This document shows, in pieces, positions 51,312-61,555 of a stretch of DNA of 64,000 nucleotides. The stretch spans positions 1-64,000 of the forward strand of contig CALFVT010000020.1 in NCBI GenBank assembly GCA_937928165.1. Reading direction: 5' to 3'. A program made the translations under genes and the position numbers. Source of the stretch: an uncultured Caulobacterales bacterium. Lineage in GTDB: Bacteria; Pseudomonadota; Alphaproteobacteria; Caulobacterales; Maricaulaceae. The first letter of the stretch is position 1. Every line of letters begins with the position of its first letter. The notes under the pieces are model-generated. The model did not search any database and was not told where the DNA came from. It saw nothing but the letters and a program-made list of their open reading frames with translations.

Positions 51312-54300
51312 TTGAAGTATCAACCTATAAACGCCTCTCAGCCTAATAACCACGCGGCTCCGCCAAGCTCGCGAGATGTTATTTCGCGCCCTGCTATGCT
51401 CGGCCAAAGAAACACACGATCTTCTTATAAAAATAATGGCTTCGAAAAAAATAACTCCAAAAGCTTATTAAGCAAAATATCATCTGCTTTTGCCTCAAAA
51501 CAAGATAATAATAACGCTGAGCTTGAAGATGAGCAGAGAAACTATGCTGCCGATGTTCAAAGCTCTATTCGAGTTTCTATTATTGCCGCATTATCCTTTC
51601 TATTATTCTATGCAATATTATCCATACAAAGCCTACGAGTTGAAGAGCAAGAGCGAACAAGCCGTACCCTAACGACATTAAATGCAAAACTTGATTCCAG
51701 TGTAAAAATTGCAGATAAACAGATCAGAGATATCATGATATGGGTTGATAACGGCCTTACACTTTACCAACGGCCCGAACAATCTCTCCAATTTTTACAG
51801 CAAAACCAAGATATAAACGCAATCGCCATTACAAATACCGCTGGCGGTCTCATCGCTGCAACACCTAATGGTAGCGAGTTGATTAAGCAAATACCTGCGG
51901 ATTTAAAAGAAAATCAATATGTGATTACATCTAACTTCAGTCAAGACGGAACGCCATATCCTGTTATTATAAGGCAACAAAAAAACGTAAATATTGCAAT
52001 CGCCCTTAAAAATAAAATTTTCATTGATGAAAACCTATTCAATGCGGCAATTCTTAACTCAAACCTACGTGTCATTGACGGCGATAAGTCTTTCAGCGCC
52101 AATGGTTTAGAAAATATTTATAATTTAAATAGAGCGCAAATTTCCGCCTTGGTATCTGGCCGTATTAACGATGGCATACGCAGTTCAATAGAGGGCCAAG
52201 ACATTTGGGTTGCAGCAAAGCCAATTCCAACCTGGGGTATAGTTGTCATCGGCGACGAAATACATCCGAAAAAGTCTTGGCTTGGGCGAAGCTTTGTATT
52301 TTTAATATTATTTCTCGGCACATGCGGAATTATTTGGCTTTTGGTTAAAAATATCCGAGATCATGCAAAACGTATTCAGCAGCGATATAAAAATGAAGAG
52401 ATTTTAAACCAAAGATTTAAAGTCGCGGCAGAAAGTGGGCGCGGCGGAATTTGGGAAGTTGACCTTGAGAATAACACGGCTTTTGCTAGCGAGAGACTGG
52501 CTGAAATGCTGGGCTTAGGCGCTAAAAATACAGACCTCAGCCTTGCTGAATTTCTAAACCTTATCGACGAGAAACATAGAGGTATGTTCTTTCAAAACTG
52601 CCGCCGCGCACATATGAACGGCGAGTTTACGATTGAAATTAATATCACAGCCAGACCGTTAACACTCGAATGTACGGGCATCCCTTCTGTAAGAGGTACA
52701 GATTCATCGCGCATTATCGTTGGAATGGCCCGGGATATCTCGGAAATCTTTGGCGCAAAATCACGCCTTGAAGCCACAGAAAAACGCTTAAATAATGCAT
52801 TATCTTCAATGAATGATAGCTTTGTTGTCTGGGACGCAATGAATAGGCTTGTTGTTTGGAATAACCGTTTTGAGACATTATTCGGCTTTAAACCGGGCCA
52901 ATTACAGCAAGGTTTTGATCACGCATCTGTTCTTTACCATGCACAAAACACGGTCGAAGCGACCTTTCCGTCAACGGTTGATGATAGTTATCAAATTAAA
53001 CTCAATAATGGGACATGGCTTCACTATCTTGAAACGCCAATGGCCGATGGTAGCCGGGTGAGTGTCGGCACGGACGTCACAGATATTCGCGCCCGAGAGC
53101 GCGAACTTCAAGAAAATCACAAAGCTTTACAAAAAACTGTAAATGTTTTGAAAGAATCGCAGCTTCGCATGGTAGAACTTGCAGAAAGTTATCAGAAAGA
53201 AAAAATTCGCGCTGAAGAAGCTAATCAATCCAAAAGTGAATTTCTGGCCAATATGAGCCATGAGTTAAGAACGCCCTTAAATGCCATTAACGGTTTCTCG
53301 GATATTATGAAAAAAGAAATGTTCGGCCCGCTTGGGGACCCGCGTTATAAAGAATATGTCAGTGACATTCTTTTCTCTGGCCAACATTTATTATCGCTGA
53401 TTAATGACATCCTTGATATGTCAAAGATTGAAGCGGGGAAAATGAATCTTAATCCAGAAGATATACGCATTCCCGATATGATCGAACAAGTCATTCGCAT
53501 CGTCAGAGGGCGTGCTGAAGAAAATAATCTAACACTCAGCTATGAAGGCAGCGAAATACCCGAAATTCAAGCGGATATGCGGGCGGTTAAACAAGTCTTA
53601 CTTAACCTCATTACCAATGCTATAAAATTCACACCTGAAGGCGGTAAAGTCACCGTAAGATGCGAAGCTAAACATGCCGGTTTAATTATTAAAGTTATTG
53701 ATACAGGCATCGGTATTGCCGCAGATAACCTTGACAGGCTAGCTAACCCGTTTGAACAAATTAACAGTCAGCATAATAAGCAAAGCGAGGGCACCGGGTT
53801 AGGTCTTGCTTTATCAAAATCTCTGGTCAAACTTCATGGCGGTAATTTTAAGATCGAAAGCGAGCTTGGGGTCGGCACAACGGTTCTATTTACGCTTCCA
53901 AATGTTCCCATCATGAGCGCCGTTAAAGATAATAGCACAAGCGTAACCAGTGAAATTAATGAATTGGCCCAAAATATTGCTGACGTACTTCAAATTCAGG
54001 CGCTTGCCGATGAGCAGTCCAAGAGATCACAGCCTTCAAAAGCGGGCTTTGGCCCAGCCGTGCAAACACTCCCGGGGCTTCTCGCCCAACCGCAGCAAGC
54101 CGCCGTTCCTGCGCCGCCAACTTACCAAACGGTGCCGCCGCATCCGCCCATATCCCAACCACAGGCGCATCCTAACTATGCACCGCCGCCAAGCCCTCAC
54201 TCTCAACCGCCTCAGCATATGACAGAGGCAGCAGGAGCAATACAAGCAAGGCAGCACTCACAGATCGCTGCGCCTCATGCTGACACTGAAAGACAGCCCC

Positions 54301-54338
54301 CAAAGCCTCCCGTTAGATATCAACCGCCAGCGGCATAA
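51312..54338 (+). CDS. Large sensor histidine kinase with periplasmic sensor, PAS domains, HisKA/HATPase and a Pro/Gln-rich C-terminal tail
   Basis: HisKA H-box MSHELRTPLN. N, G1 and G2 boxes (GTGLGL). Two TM segments bracket a ~220-aa periplasmic domain. About 150-aa PQ-rich tail. Confidence 0.8.
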   Translation: MKYQPINASQPNNHAAPPSSRDVISRPAMLGQRNTRSSYKNNGFEKNNSKSLLSKISSAFASKQDNNNAELEDEQRNYAADVQSSIRVSIIAALSFLLFYAILSIQSLRVEEQERTSRTLTTLNAKLDSSVKIADKQIRDIMIWVDNGLTLYQRPEQSLQFLQQNQDINAIAITNTAGGLIAATPNGSELIKQIPADLKENQYVITSNFSQDGTPYPVIIRQQKNVNIAIALKNKIFIDENLFNAAILNSNLRVIDGDKSFSANGLENIYNLNRAQISALVSGRINDGIRSSIEGQDIWVAAKPIPTWGIVVIGDEIHPKKSWLGRSFVFLILFLGTCGIIWLLVKNIRDHAKRIQQRYKNEEILNQRFKVAAESGRGGIWEVDLENNTAFASERLAEMLGLGAKNTDLSLAEFLNLIDEKHRGMFFQNCRRAHMNGEFTIEINITARPLTLECTGIPSVRGTDSSRIIVGMARDISEIFGAKSRLEATEKRLNNALSSMNDSFVVWDAMNRLVVWNNRFETLFGFKPGQLQQGFDHASVLYHAQNTVEATFPSTVDDSYQIKLNNGTWLHYLETPMADGSRVSVGTDVTDIRARERELQENHKALQKTVNVLKESQLRMVELAESYQKEKIRAEEANQSKSEFLANMSHELRTPLNAINGFSDIMKKEMFGPLGDPRYKEYVSDILFSGQHLLSLINDILDMSKIEAGKMNLNPEDIRIPDMIEQVIRIVRGRAEENNLTLSYEGSEIPEIQADMRAVKQVLLNLITNAIKFTPEGGKVTVRCEAKHAGLIIKVIDTGIGIAADNLDRLANPFEQINSQHNKQSEGTGLGLALSKSLVKLHGGNFKIESELGVGTTVLFTLPNVPIMSAVKDNSTSVTSEINELAQNIADVLQIQALADEQSKRSQPSKAGFGPAVQTLPGLLAQPQQAAVPAPPTYQTVPPHPPISQPQAHPNYAPPPSPHSQPPQHMTEAAGAIQARQHSQIAAPHADTERQPPKPPVRYQPPAA

Positions 54339-54345
54339 CGCTTAT

Positions 54346-57075
54346 TTAAAGTCCAATAATCGACGCCGTAATTTTAGCGGTTTTATTTTGATAGCTGCGT
54401 AGCGTTTTTAAGCTTAAGTTACGAAGCGAGACATTTGGAGGCAAGCTCGTCACAGCTTTAGGCAGTTTGCCGCTCACATCATTTCGGCCCTCTAGCAAAG
54501 ACTGCCATTGCTGTACCGCATGAAAATCATTTAAAATTTGAGTCAATATCTGTTTCGTCTTTCCGCCAAGACGCACTTCATGCGCAGCGAGCATATCCAC
54601 TGTTGAACGCGGCCAAGACGCAGCTAATCTGTGACGGCTCTCTAGCCATAATGACTGTGCAATATATTCAATATCACGAAGACCGCCCACGGCGTTTTTA
54701 ATGTCCCAATCGGATGAAGCCGGCTTGGCGTCATATGTCCGCCGAAGCATATCCGCGATATCTGCTTTAAAATCTAAATCAGACCGCTTTGATGTGATGG
54801 CAGATTGAAGCGCCGCTCGAATATTTTGCGAAAAATCCTGACTAGAGGATGTAATAATCCGCGCCCGCGTTAACGCCATAAACTCCCATGACCACGCTTT
54901 CTCATAATAATATTGCTCAAATGCCGAAAGACTAACTGCGACAGGCCCAGATCGGCCTGAAGGACGTAGGGTTAAATCTACTTCATATAATCCACCCTCT
55001 GAGGTGTTAACCGATAGAGCACTCATCAACCGCTGAGTTAATTTGGCATAAATATCGGGCCGTAATTCCCCGTCTTCATGAGGTGCATAAACCAACATCA
55101 TGTCAAGATCAGAGCTAAGCCGCATTTCTTGTCCGCCAAGCTTGCCAAGACCTATAATCGCGAACCCTCCCCTGATAGGGCCAAATATACGCTGCGTTTC
55201 TTTTACAGCAACAGGAACAAGCGTTCTTATAACTTGATCTGCTAGGTCTGAGCAAAATTTCATAATGTCTAGCGGCGACATATTCCCGCTTAGGGCCGAT
55301 AATGTTAGGCGGAAACGCTGTTCTTTGGCTAATATTCTCACCTTATTCATAGCCGTTTCAAAATCGACGCTTGCTAAATCAAGACGGCTAAATTCTGTCA
55401 TCATAATATCAGGCGTCAACGTCAAATAATTCGGCTCTGACATCACATCCATAATAGCAGGATCATTTGCTAATTGATCTGCGATTCGGTGCGACAAAGT
55501 CATAAATCCAATTAACTGCTCTAGACTTTGAGGCCTTTGAACAAACATGGATAAAGTCTGCACACCGCTACGCAAATTTGAAAAAAACCGTGCGAAGGCA
55601 AAAAATGCATGATCCGCTTGTCCTGTTTTTTGGCATATTTTTAAGAGCTGCGGCGCAAGCCGCGTTAAAAGCTCACGCGCCCTAACGCTACGTGTTGCCA
55701 TTATACGTCCGCCAAGCCAATCTGACATTTCCTGCCAAACCTCTGCACTGCGCTTAAAACCCATCTCATTTAATGTCCGCGCAGTGTTCGGCCCCATTTC
55801 TACGCCCGTAAAAACAAGGTTTCCCTCACTTGCTGCTAAGCTATCTGCCTCGGCGTATAAGGCTTTATATATCTGGCTAACATTCTTAAATGTTTCAAGC
55901 GCGGCCTCATCAAAAGACTTTAGGTTATCCGCGCCGCGAAGCTTTGCCAGAGACCGGCGCGCGTCATCATCTTTAGGAAGAACATGATCTTGCGCATCAA
56001 ATTGCATTTGCACCCCATGTTCAAGGTCACGCAAATCACTATAATATTGTGTCAATTTTTTTGTAATTTCCCCATCCATAAAGCCTTCGCGGCTAAGGGC
56101 ATTAAGAGCGTCCAATGTGCGCATTTCACGTAGTCTCGGATGTCGTCCACCGAGTATTAATTGCTGAACTTGCGCATAAAATTCCACTTCGCGTATGCCG
56201 CCATGACCCAATTTTACATGATGGCCTGCCGCAGATATAAGGCTTCCCCCGGTGCGCGCATTAATTTGGCGCTTAATCGCTTGAATGTCTTCTATGGCTG
56301 CAAAGTCAAGACTACGGCGCCAGACAAAAGGTGAGATAACATCCTTTTTAAAAGTCTCTCCCACTGCCTTGTCGCCTGCGCAAACCCGCGCTTTAATCAA
56401 AGCTGCCCGTTCCCAATTTTGGCCTAAGCTCTCATAATAACGCTCGGCAGTACGGGTTGACACAGCAATAGAATTGGAGCGCGGATCTGGCCGAAGCCTT
56501 AAATCCGTGCGGAAAATATACCCATCTTCCGTACGTTGTTCCAACCCTTTAATAAGGCTGCGGATTAACCGCAGTAAAATCCGCTCTGCTTTTTGCATAT
56601 TTGGCAAGCGGATGAGATCAGGATCGTAAAAAACCGTAAAGTCTATATCACTTGAATAATTAAGTTCCTGCGCGCCATGCTTGCCCATCGCAATAATAAA
56701 TAAACCCGGGACAGGGTTATTATCATGGCCGTCAATACCGGCCTCTATTGCCGCTCCTCGCAAGAGGCGCTGGATAGCCTGATCGGCCAAATCACTTAAA
56801 GCATAGGCAAGCTCCGCCCAAGACCACAGACGAGAAAGATCCGCGACAGCGCAGATTAAGTGAACAGCGCGTTTCAGCCGCCGAAGCCGCGACATTTCCG
56901 CATTAAAATCAGCCAACGGTCCTAAATATTTTTGATTATAAAGTTTTAAAATAGCTTCAGGGGTCTCTCCTTGTCTAAACTGGTCAGGGATATCAGGAAA
57001 ATCATTCATACATTGTGATAAATAAGGCGAATGATTATTTATTCGTTGAAAGACTTGCTGATAACCCCCTTGCAT
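54346..57075 (-). CDS. glnE: Bifunctional glutamine synthetase adenylyltransferase / adenylyl-removing enzyme
   Basis: Two nucleotidyltransferase domains (GKHGAQELNYSSDIDFTVFY and GKLGGQEMRLSSDLDMMLVY). Confidence 0.9.
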   Translation of the reverse strand: MQGGYQQVFQRINNHSPYLSQCMNDFPDIPDQFRQGETPEAILKLYNQKYLGPLADFNAEMSRLRRLKRAVHLICAVADLSRLWSWAELAYALSDLADQAIQRLLRGAAIEAGIDGHDNNPVPGLFIIAMGKHGAQELNYSSDIDFTVFYDPDLIRLPNMQKAERILLRLIRSLIKGLEQRTEDGYIFRTDLRLRPDPRSNSIAVSTRTAERYYESLGQNWERAALIKARVCAGDKAVGETFKKDVISPFVWRRSLDFAAIEDIQAIKRQINARTGGSLISAAGHHVKLGHGGIREVEFYAQVQQLILGGRHPRLREMRTLDALNALSREGFMDGEITKKLTQYYSDLRDLEHGVQMQFDAQDHVLPKDDDARRSLAKLRGADNLKSFDEAALETFKNVSQIYKALYAEADSLAASEGNLVFTGVEMGPNTARTLNEMGFKRSAEVWQEMSDWLGGRIMATRSVRARELLTRLAPQLLKICQKTGQADHAFFAFARFFSNLRSGVQTLSMFVQRPQSLEQLIGFMTLSHRIADQLANDPAIMDVMSEPNYLTLTPDIMMTEFSRLDLASVDFETAMNKVRILAKEQRFRLTLSALSGNMSPLDIMKFCSDLADQVIRTLVPVAVKETQRIFGPIRGGFAIIGLGKLGGQEMRLSSDLDMMLVYAPHEDGELRPDIYAKLTQRLMSALSVNTSEGGLYEVDLTLRPSGRSGPVAVSLSAFEQYYYEKAWSWEFMALTRARIITSSSQDFSQNIRAALQSAITSKRSDLDFKADIADMLRRTYDAKPASSDWDIKNAVGGLRDIEYIAQSLWLESRHRLAASWPRSTVDMLAAHEVRLGGKTKQILTQILNDFHAVQQWQSLLEGRNDVSGKLPKAVTSLPPNVSLRNLSLKTLRSYQNKTAKITASIIGL

Positions 57076-57079
57076 AAAT

Positions 57080-58600
57080 CTAGTCCAAAAGGGCAGCGGA
57101 TGGCTGGATTACATCATCACCTTGTGCGTCTTCTTTTTGGCGTCGTTTACGCACACGCGGGAAAATAATACTGGCTGATAAACCATTTTTACTTTGCGCA
57201 TTTGAAATACCATCCCCTAAAATAAATTCAGCGCGGTGCAAATCAGCAATAGCATCTACAAGCGCAAGACCGAGGCCACTGCCTTTTTTAGTGCGGCTTT
57301 CATCGAGCCGAACAAAGCGCTCCTTGACCCTCTGGCGCTCCGTTGCAGGAATCCCAGGGCCATTATCCAGAATAATTATTTGACTACGCCCCATTTTATC
57401 ATGTTCAAGGCTAAGCTGGACCTCCCCTCCGTGGGGCGTATATTTAATGGCATTCTCAACCAAATTCGACACCGCTTGTGATAATAAACCTCTATCGGCG
57501 GCAAGCACATGATCTTTTTCGATATGGGCCGAAAAACTAAGTCCCGCATCCTCACAGGCCGGTTCATAAAGCTCGGCGATATCGTCAAGTATAGGTTTAG
57601 GGTCAAGCTCCTTTAAAAGCTCTCTACGTTCTCCGGCTTCAAGGCGGGCAATGCGCAAAACAGAATCAAAGGTCTTTAACAATTCGCCTGCATCATCCGC
57701 CGCTGCAAATAAAACATTTGCGGATGGATCATCATCTTTCATATCAACGGCGGCGCTTTCAAGCCGTGTGCGAAGCCGGGTTAAAGGTGATCGCAAATCA
57801 TGGGCGATACTATCCCCTGCATAGCGCATAGCTTTCATAAGGCGGTCAATATGATCTAGCATATCATTGAGATGCTCTGCTAAAAGATCAAGTTCATCAC
57901 CGCTGTGATTACGGCTGGCCCTGCGATCTAAATGGCCTTTACGAATATCCGTTGCGAGGCGGTTAAATTCTTCTACGCGGCTTGAAAATCGGCGCGAGAC
58001 CAAAAAGCCCGATAATAAACCTAAAGCCAAAGAAATAGCTGCGGAAATTAAAATCGTATTTTTAACCCGCACCGCATTACGCATGGCCACCTCAACATCA
58101 CGCCCCACCAAGAGCTGCCCGGAGATTTCCGTATTATCACCAATTCGCAGTGGCCCCAAAATTCCGCGCATACGACGATCACGCAGACCGGAGTCTTCCT
58201 CATCCGCAATAGAATAAATAGCTTCGACGCGGCGATATAAATCACGCTCATTCCCGCGTAAAAACCCAAACCGAACCTGCATGGAGTCTTCGGATATCGG
58301 GAGCTGCGCAAGATTACCTGTAAATTTATTAAGGTGCTGAAAGTAATAAAGCCCTTCACCAGAAGCCGACCGAAGAAATACTTCTCGTTCTACCGCAATC
58401 GGCCCTTCTTCTGCATAGAGACTTTCAAGCTCTTTTAGTTCAGCGGTTATGTTTTGATCGACCCGGTTAAGTTCTGACTTGACTGTTCCAAAATAGAAAA
58501 AGCCAAACAAAACAAGCGACGATCCCATAAAAAGGAACGCCGCCAAAAGCGTAAGCCGAAACAAAGTGTTTCGATAGAGTCTTTGAAGGGCTACTATCAC
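57080..58600 (-). CDS. Sensor histidine kinase (HAMP-HisKA-HATPase)
   Basis: H-box IAHDLRSPLT; HATPase motifs DNGPGIP and GSGLGLAL; two TM segments. Confidence 0.8.
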   Translation of the reverse strand: MIVALQRLYRNTLFRLTLLAAFLFMGSSLVLFGFFYFGTVKSELNRVDQNITAELKELESLYAEEGPIAVEREVFLRSASGEGLYYFQHLNKFTGNLAQLPISEDSMQVRFGFLRGNERDLYRRVEAIYSIADEEDSGLRDRRMRGILGPLRIGDNTEISGQLLVGRDVEVAMRNAVRVKNTILISAAISLALGLLSGFLVSRRFSSRVEEFNRLATDIRKGHLDRRASRNHSGDELDLLAEHLNDMLDHIDRLMKAMRYAGDSIAHDLRSPLTRLRTRLESAAVDMKDDDPSANVLFAAADDAGELLKTFDSVLRIARLEAGERRELLKELDPKPILDDIAELYEPACEDAGLSFSAHIEKDHVLAADRGLLSQAVSNLVENAIKYTPHGGEVQLSLEHDKMGRSQIIILDNGPGIPATERQRVKERFVRLDESRTKKGSGLGLALVDAIADLHRAEFILGDGISNAQSKNGLSASIIFPRVRKRRQKEDAQGDDVIQPSAALLD

Positions 58601-58637
58601 CGCTCTAAGCTAAGCCCGCCCAAAGCCCGGCGCAAGC

Positions 58638-59324
58638 CTAAACCTGCAACCGGTAACCGGCACCGCGAACCGTATGTAAAAGCGGCGTTTCAAACTCTTT
58701 ATCAATTTTCCCGCGAAGCCGCGAAATATGAACGTCAATCACATTGGTTTGGGGGTCAAAGTGATAATCCCAAACCTTTTCGAGTAGCATAGTGCGGGTC
58801 ACGACCCGTCCGGCATTGCGCATCAGGCATTCTAGCAAACGAAACTCTCGCGGCTGCAAGAGTATATTTTGACCTTCCCGGCGAACCGTTCGGGCCAGGA
58901 GATCCATTTCAAGCTCGCCAACTGTTAATTTCGTCACAGCCGCATTCGGATCACTTCGCCGGCCAATCGCTTCAACGCGGGCTAAAAGTTCTGTGAAGGA
59001 ATAAGGCTTTGCAAGGTAATCATCTCCGCCGGCGCGAAGGCCTTCAACCTTATGATCAACCTCCCCAAGGGCAGATAATATAAGTACGGGGGTTTTATCG
59101 CCATCGTCACGCAAAACCTTTAAAAGATCAAGCCCATCGCGCTTCGGCAACATACGGTCAAGAACAAGAGCGTCATAATCTGCCGCGCGGGCCATTTCCA
59201 GACCAAGATCACCATCCGCAGCCAGATCAACAACGTGACCGGCCTCCATTAAGCCCTTTCGGACATAATCAGCGGCAACTGTATCGTCTTCAACGATTAA
59301 TATTCTCATTGTTTTCTCCTGCAT
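58638..59324 (-). CDS. OmpR-family DNA-binding response regulator
   Basis: Receiver domain with phospho-acceptor Asp (LVLDRMLP) and a winged-helix C-terminus (GAGYRLQV). Confidence 0.85.
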   Translation of the reverse strand: MQEKTMRILIVEDDTVAADYVRKGLMEAGHVVDLAADGDLGLEMARAADYDALVLDRMLPKRDGLDLLKVLRDDGDKTPVLILSALGEVDHKVEGLRAGGDDYLAKPYSFTELLARVEAIGRRSDPNAAVTKLTVGELEMDLLARTVRREGQNILLQPREFRLLECLMRNAGRVVTRTMLLEKVWDYHFDPQTNVIDVHISRLRGKIDKEFETPLLHTVRGAGYRLQV

Positions 59325-59344
59325 GGCCCCCGCCTATGGTTAAG

Positions 59345-60826
59345 TTATAAAGGTAAACTGAGATAGGTTTCTGACCCGTTTCGGCGGCGAGCTTTAACTT
59401 GTAAACTGCCTTGCTGTTCCGCCTTGGCATTTAATATGATTGTTTTAAATGCTGAGGAATCAGAAATTTCTTGGCCATTGGCTTCAAGTAAGACCATACC
59501 TGCTTGAAAACCTGCTGATGGCGCTAATGTGCTTTGATCAACAGATTCGACATAAACGCCGACTTGATCTGGGCGCATACCAATCGCGTCACGGAATGAA
59601 GAACTTAGATCAACTACCTGCACACCCGTATCAAGATTAATATTTGGGCGGGTTACTGATGGGCTGCGGTCAGGTGCAGGCGCAGCATAACCTGTCTGGC
59701 CTGCTGCAATGCGGTCAAGTTGGGACTTACCGGGGCGCTCGCCAACAGTAACGCTAACATTTTGGAGCTGCTCAAACCGTTCAACGACAAAACTAACCGT
59801 ATCTCCGGGCCTTGCCTTGGCAATTTCCCGTGTCGCTTCGGTTGAATTGCGCGTGGCCACACCGTTAACGCTTAAGATAACATCATCCATTTGCAGGCCG
59901 TAGCGCTCTGCCGGGCCGCCGCTCACAATATTATTAATTGTTGCGCCGCCGCTCTTAAAGTCTGGGTCACTCTCTGCGGTATATTCAGCGCTTCTTAGGC
60001 CAACCCCTAGAAATCCGCGCTCAACACTGCCTTTTTGGCGTAGCGTATCAATGATCTCTGCGGCTGTATAATGGGGAATTACAAAGGCAATACCAACGCT
60101 CGCGCCTGTCGGCGAATAAATAGCCGAATTAACCCCAACGACACGGCCATTCAGATCAAAAAGCGGCCCCCCAGAATTACCACGGTTAATCGTAGCATCG
60201 GTTTGGATGTAATCAACAAAAGCACCACTATCGACGCGCTCTCGGCCAATGGCAGAAACAACGCCCAAACTTGTCGATTGCCCAATCCCAAAGGGATTAC
60301 CAATCGCAACCACCCATTCACCAATACGCACGCCGTCGCCGCTATACCACTGCACATAAGGAAAGCTGCGGCGGGCCTGTATTTTTAAAACAGCCAGATC
60401 GGTTTCTTCATCTGTTCCTATAATCTCAACAGGAAATTCAGTCCCATCACCAAAGGCAATGGAAATCTGCGTTGCGCCGTCAATAACATGATAATTCGTC
60501 ACCACTTCACCGGATGGAGAGATAATAAACCCCGAACCTTGGCCTTCCGACGTGGTTTGCCCATCACTTTGACGGGCAATCACATTCACAACCGCCGGTG
60601 TCACTCTCTCGACAAGGTCAGCAATCGACGGCAATGTAACGGGTCGCGGGTTAACCGGTGCCGGCACAAGCGGCGCAGAAATAATGGCCGGCGCGGCAGG
60701 GCCGATGGGCATTGTATCTATATTAGCTGGTACGAGCTGCGCGGACGCAGAAACAGCAAATCCAACGCTAAGGACTCCCGCAGTCAGGCTGCCTATGAAA
60801 ATATTATGTCTATAACGTGCGGTCAC
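59345..60826 (-). CDS. degP: Periplasmic serine endoprotease DegP/HtrA (Do family, two PDZ domains)
   Basis: Signal peptide. Catalytic triad motifs DLAVLKI and GNSGGPL. Two PDZ domains. Confidence 0.85.
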   Translation of the reverse strand: MTARYRHNIFIGSLTAGVLSVGFAVSASAQLVPANIDTMPIGPAAPAIISAPLVPAPVNPRPVTLPSIADLVERVTPAVVNVIARQSDGQTTSEGQGSGFIISPSGEVVTNYHVIDGATQISIAFGDGTEFPVEIIGTDEETDLAVLKIQARRSFPYVQWYSGDGVRIGEWVVAIGNPFGIGQSTSLGVVSAIGRERVDSGAFVDYIQTDATINRGNSGGPLFDLNGRVVGVNSAIYSPTGASVGIAFVIPHYTAAEIIDTLRQKGSVERGFLGVGLRSAEYTAESDPDFKSGGATINNIVSGGPAERYGLQMDDVILSVNGVATRNSTEATREIAKARPGDTVSFVVERFEQLQNVSVTVGERPGKSQLDRIAAGQTGYAAPAPDRSPSVTRPNINLDTGVQVVDLSSSFRDAIGMRPDQVGVYVESVDQSTLAPSAGFQAGMVLLEANGQEISDSSAFKTIILNAKAEQQGSLQVKARRRNGSETYLSLPL

Positions 60827-60916
60827 GATAAACTCCCAATGTTCTGGATGATTGCCCGAGGACGCCTATCCTAATTCTGACCAAATTATGACAAAATGGT
60901 CATATTGGGTCGGTTG

Positions 60917-61555
60917 TTAAGATCGTTTGAACGCTAAAAGGCGGTTTTCCTTCGGCATCACGACCCGTTTGGACAATTTTAGCCCATAAGTCGCAAAGAT
61001 ATGCTTAACATCCGATAAATGTCTGACGCCCCAATCCGGATTTCTACATTTAAGGCTTTCATCAAAAGTCAGATTAGACTCCGCCGTTTCCGCGCCCTCC
61101 TGAAACGGGCCATAAAGATAAAGGCTCGCGCCTGTTGGTAAAACCTTGGCGGCCCCTGCCGCAAGTCCTTCGACGCTTTCCGGTGGGGCAATATGGATCA
61201 TATTTGCGCAGAACATGGCATCATATTCCTGAAGCTTGCGCCACCATTTATCCGCCGTCACATCGATCTCGAGGGCAGGCTTCATTCGCCCTTGAACGTC
61301 TTGTCCCCAATCATCTTGGCTTTCACGCGCGGCCAAATGCGGATCACTCGGCTGCCAGCTTATATCAGGCCGCGCCGTACAAAATGCCGCCGCATGCTGC
61401 CCAGTTCCTGATGCAACCTCAAGTATATGTGCGTTTTTCGGCCAAAGCGGCGTAAGTACATCTAGTAAAGGCGGCGTGTTACGTTCCGCTGTCGGCGAGT
61501 ATTCTCTTACGCCGGTTTTCTTACGCTCTTCTAAATGTTTTGGTGTGTTACTCAT
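60917..61555 (-). CDS. DUF938-family SAM-dependent methyltransferase-fold protein
   Basis: LEVASGTGQHAAAF...SWQPSDP...NMIHIAP...LYLYGPF...RNPDWGVRHL matches the DUF938 consensus. Confidence 0.65.
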   Translation of the reverse strand: MSNTPKHLEERKKTGVREYSPTAERNTPPLLDVLTPLWPKNAHILEVASGTGQHAAAFCTARPDISWQPSDPHLAARESQDDWGQDVQGRMKPALEIDVTADKWWRKLQEYDAMFCANMIHIAPPESVEGLAAGAAKVLPTGASLYLYGPFQEGAETAESNLTFDESLKCRNPDWGVRHLSDVKHIFATYGLKLSKRVVMPKENRLLAFKRS

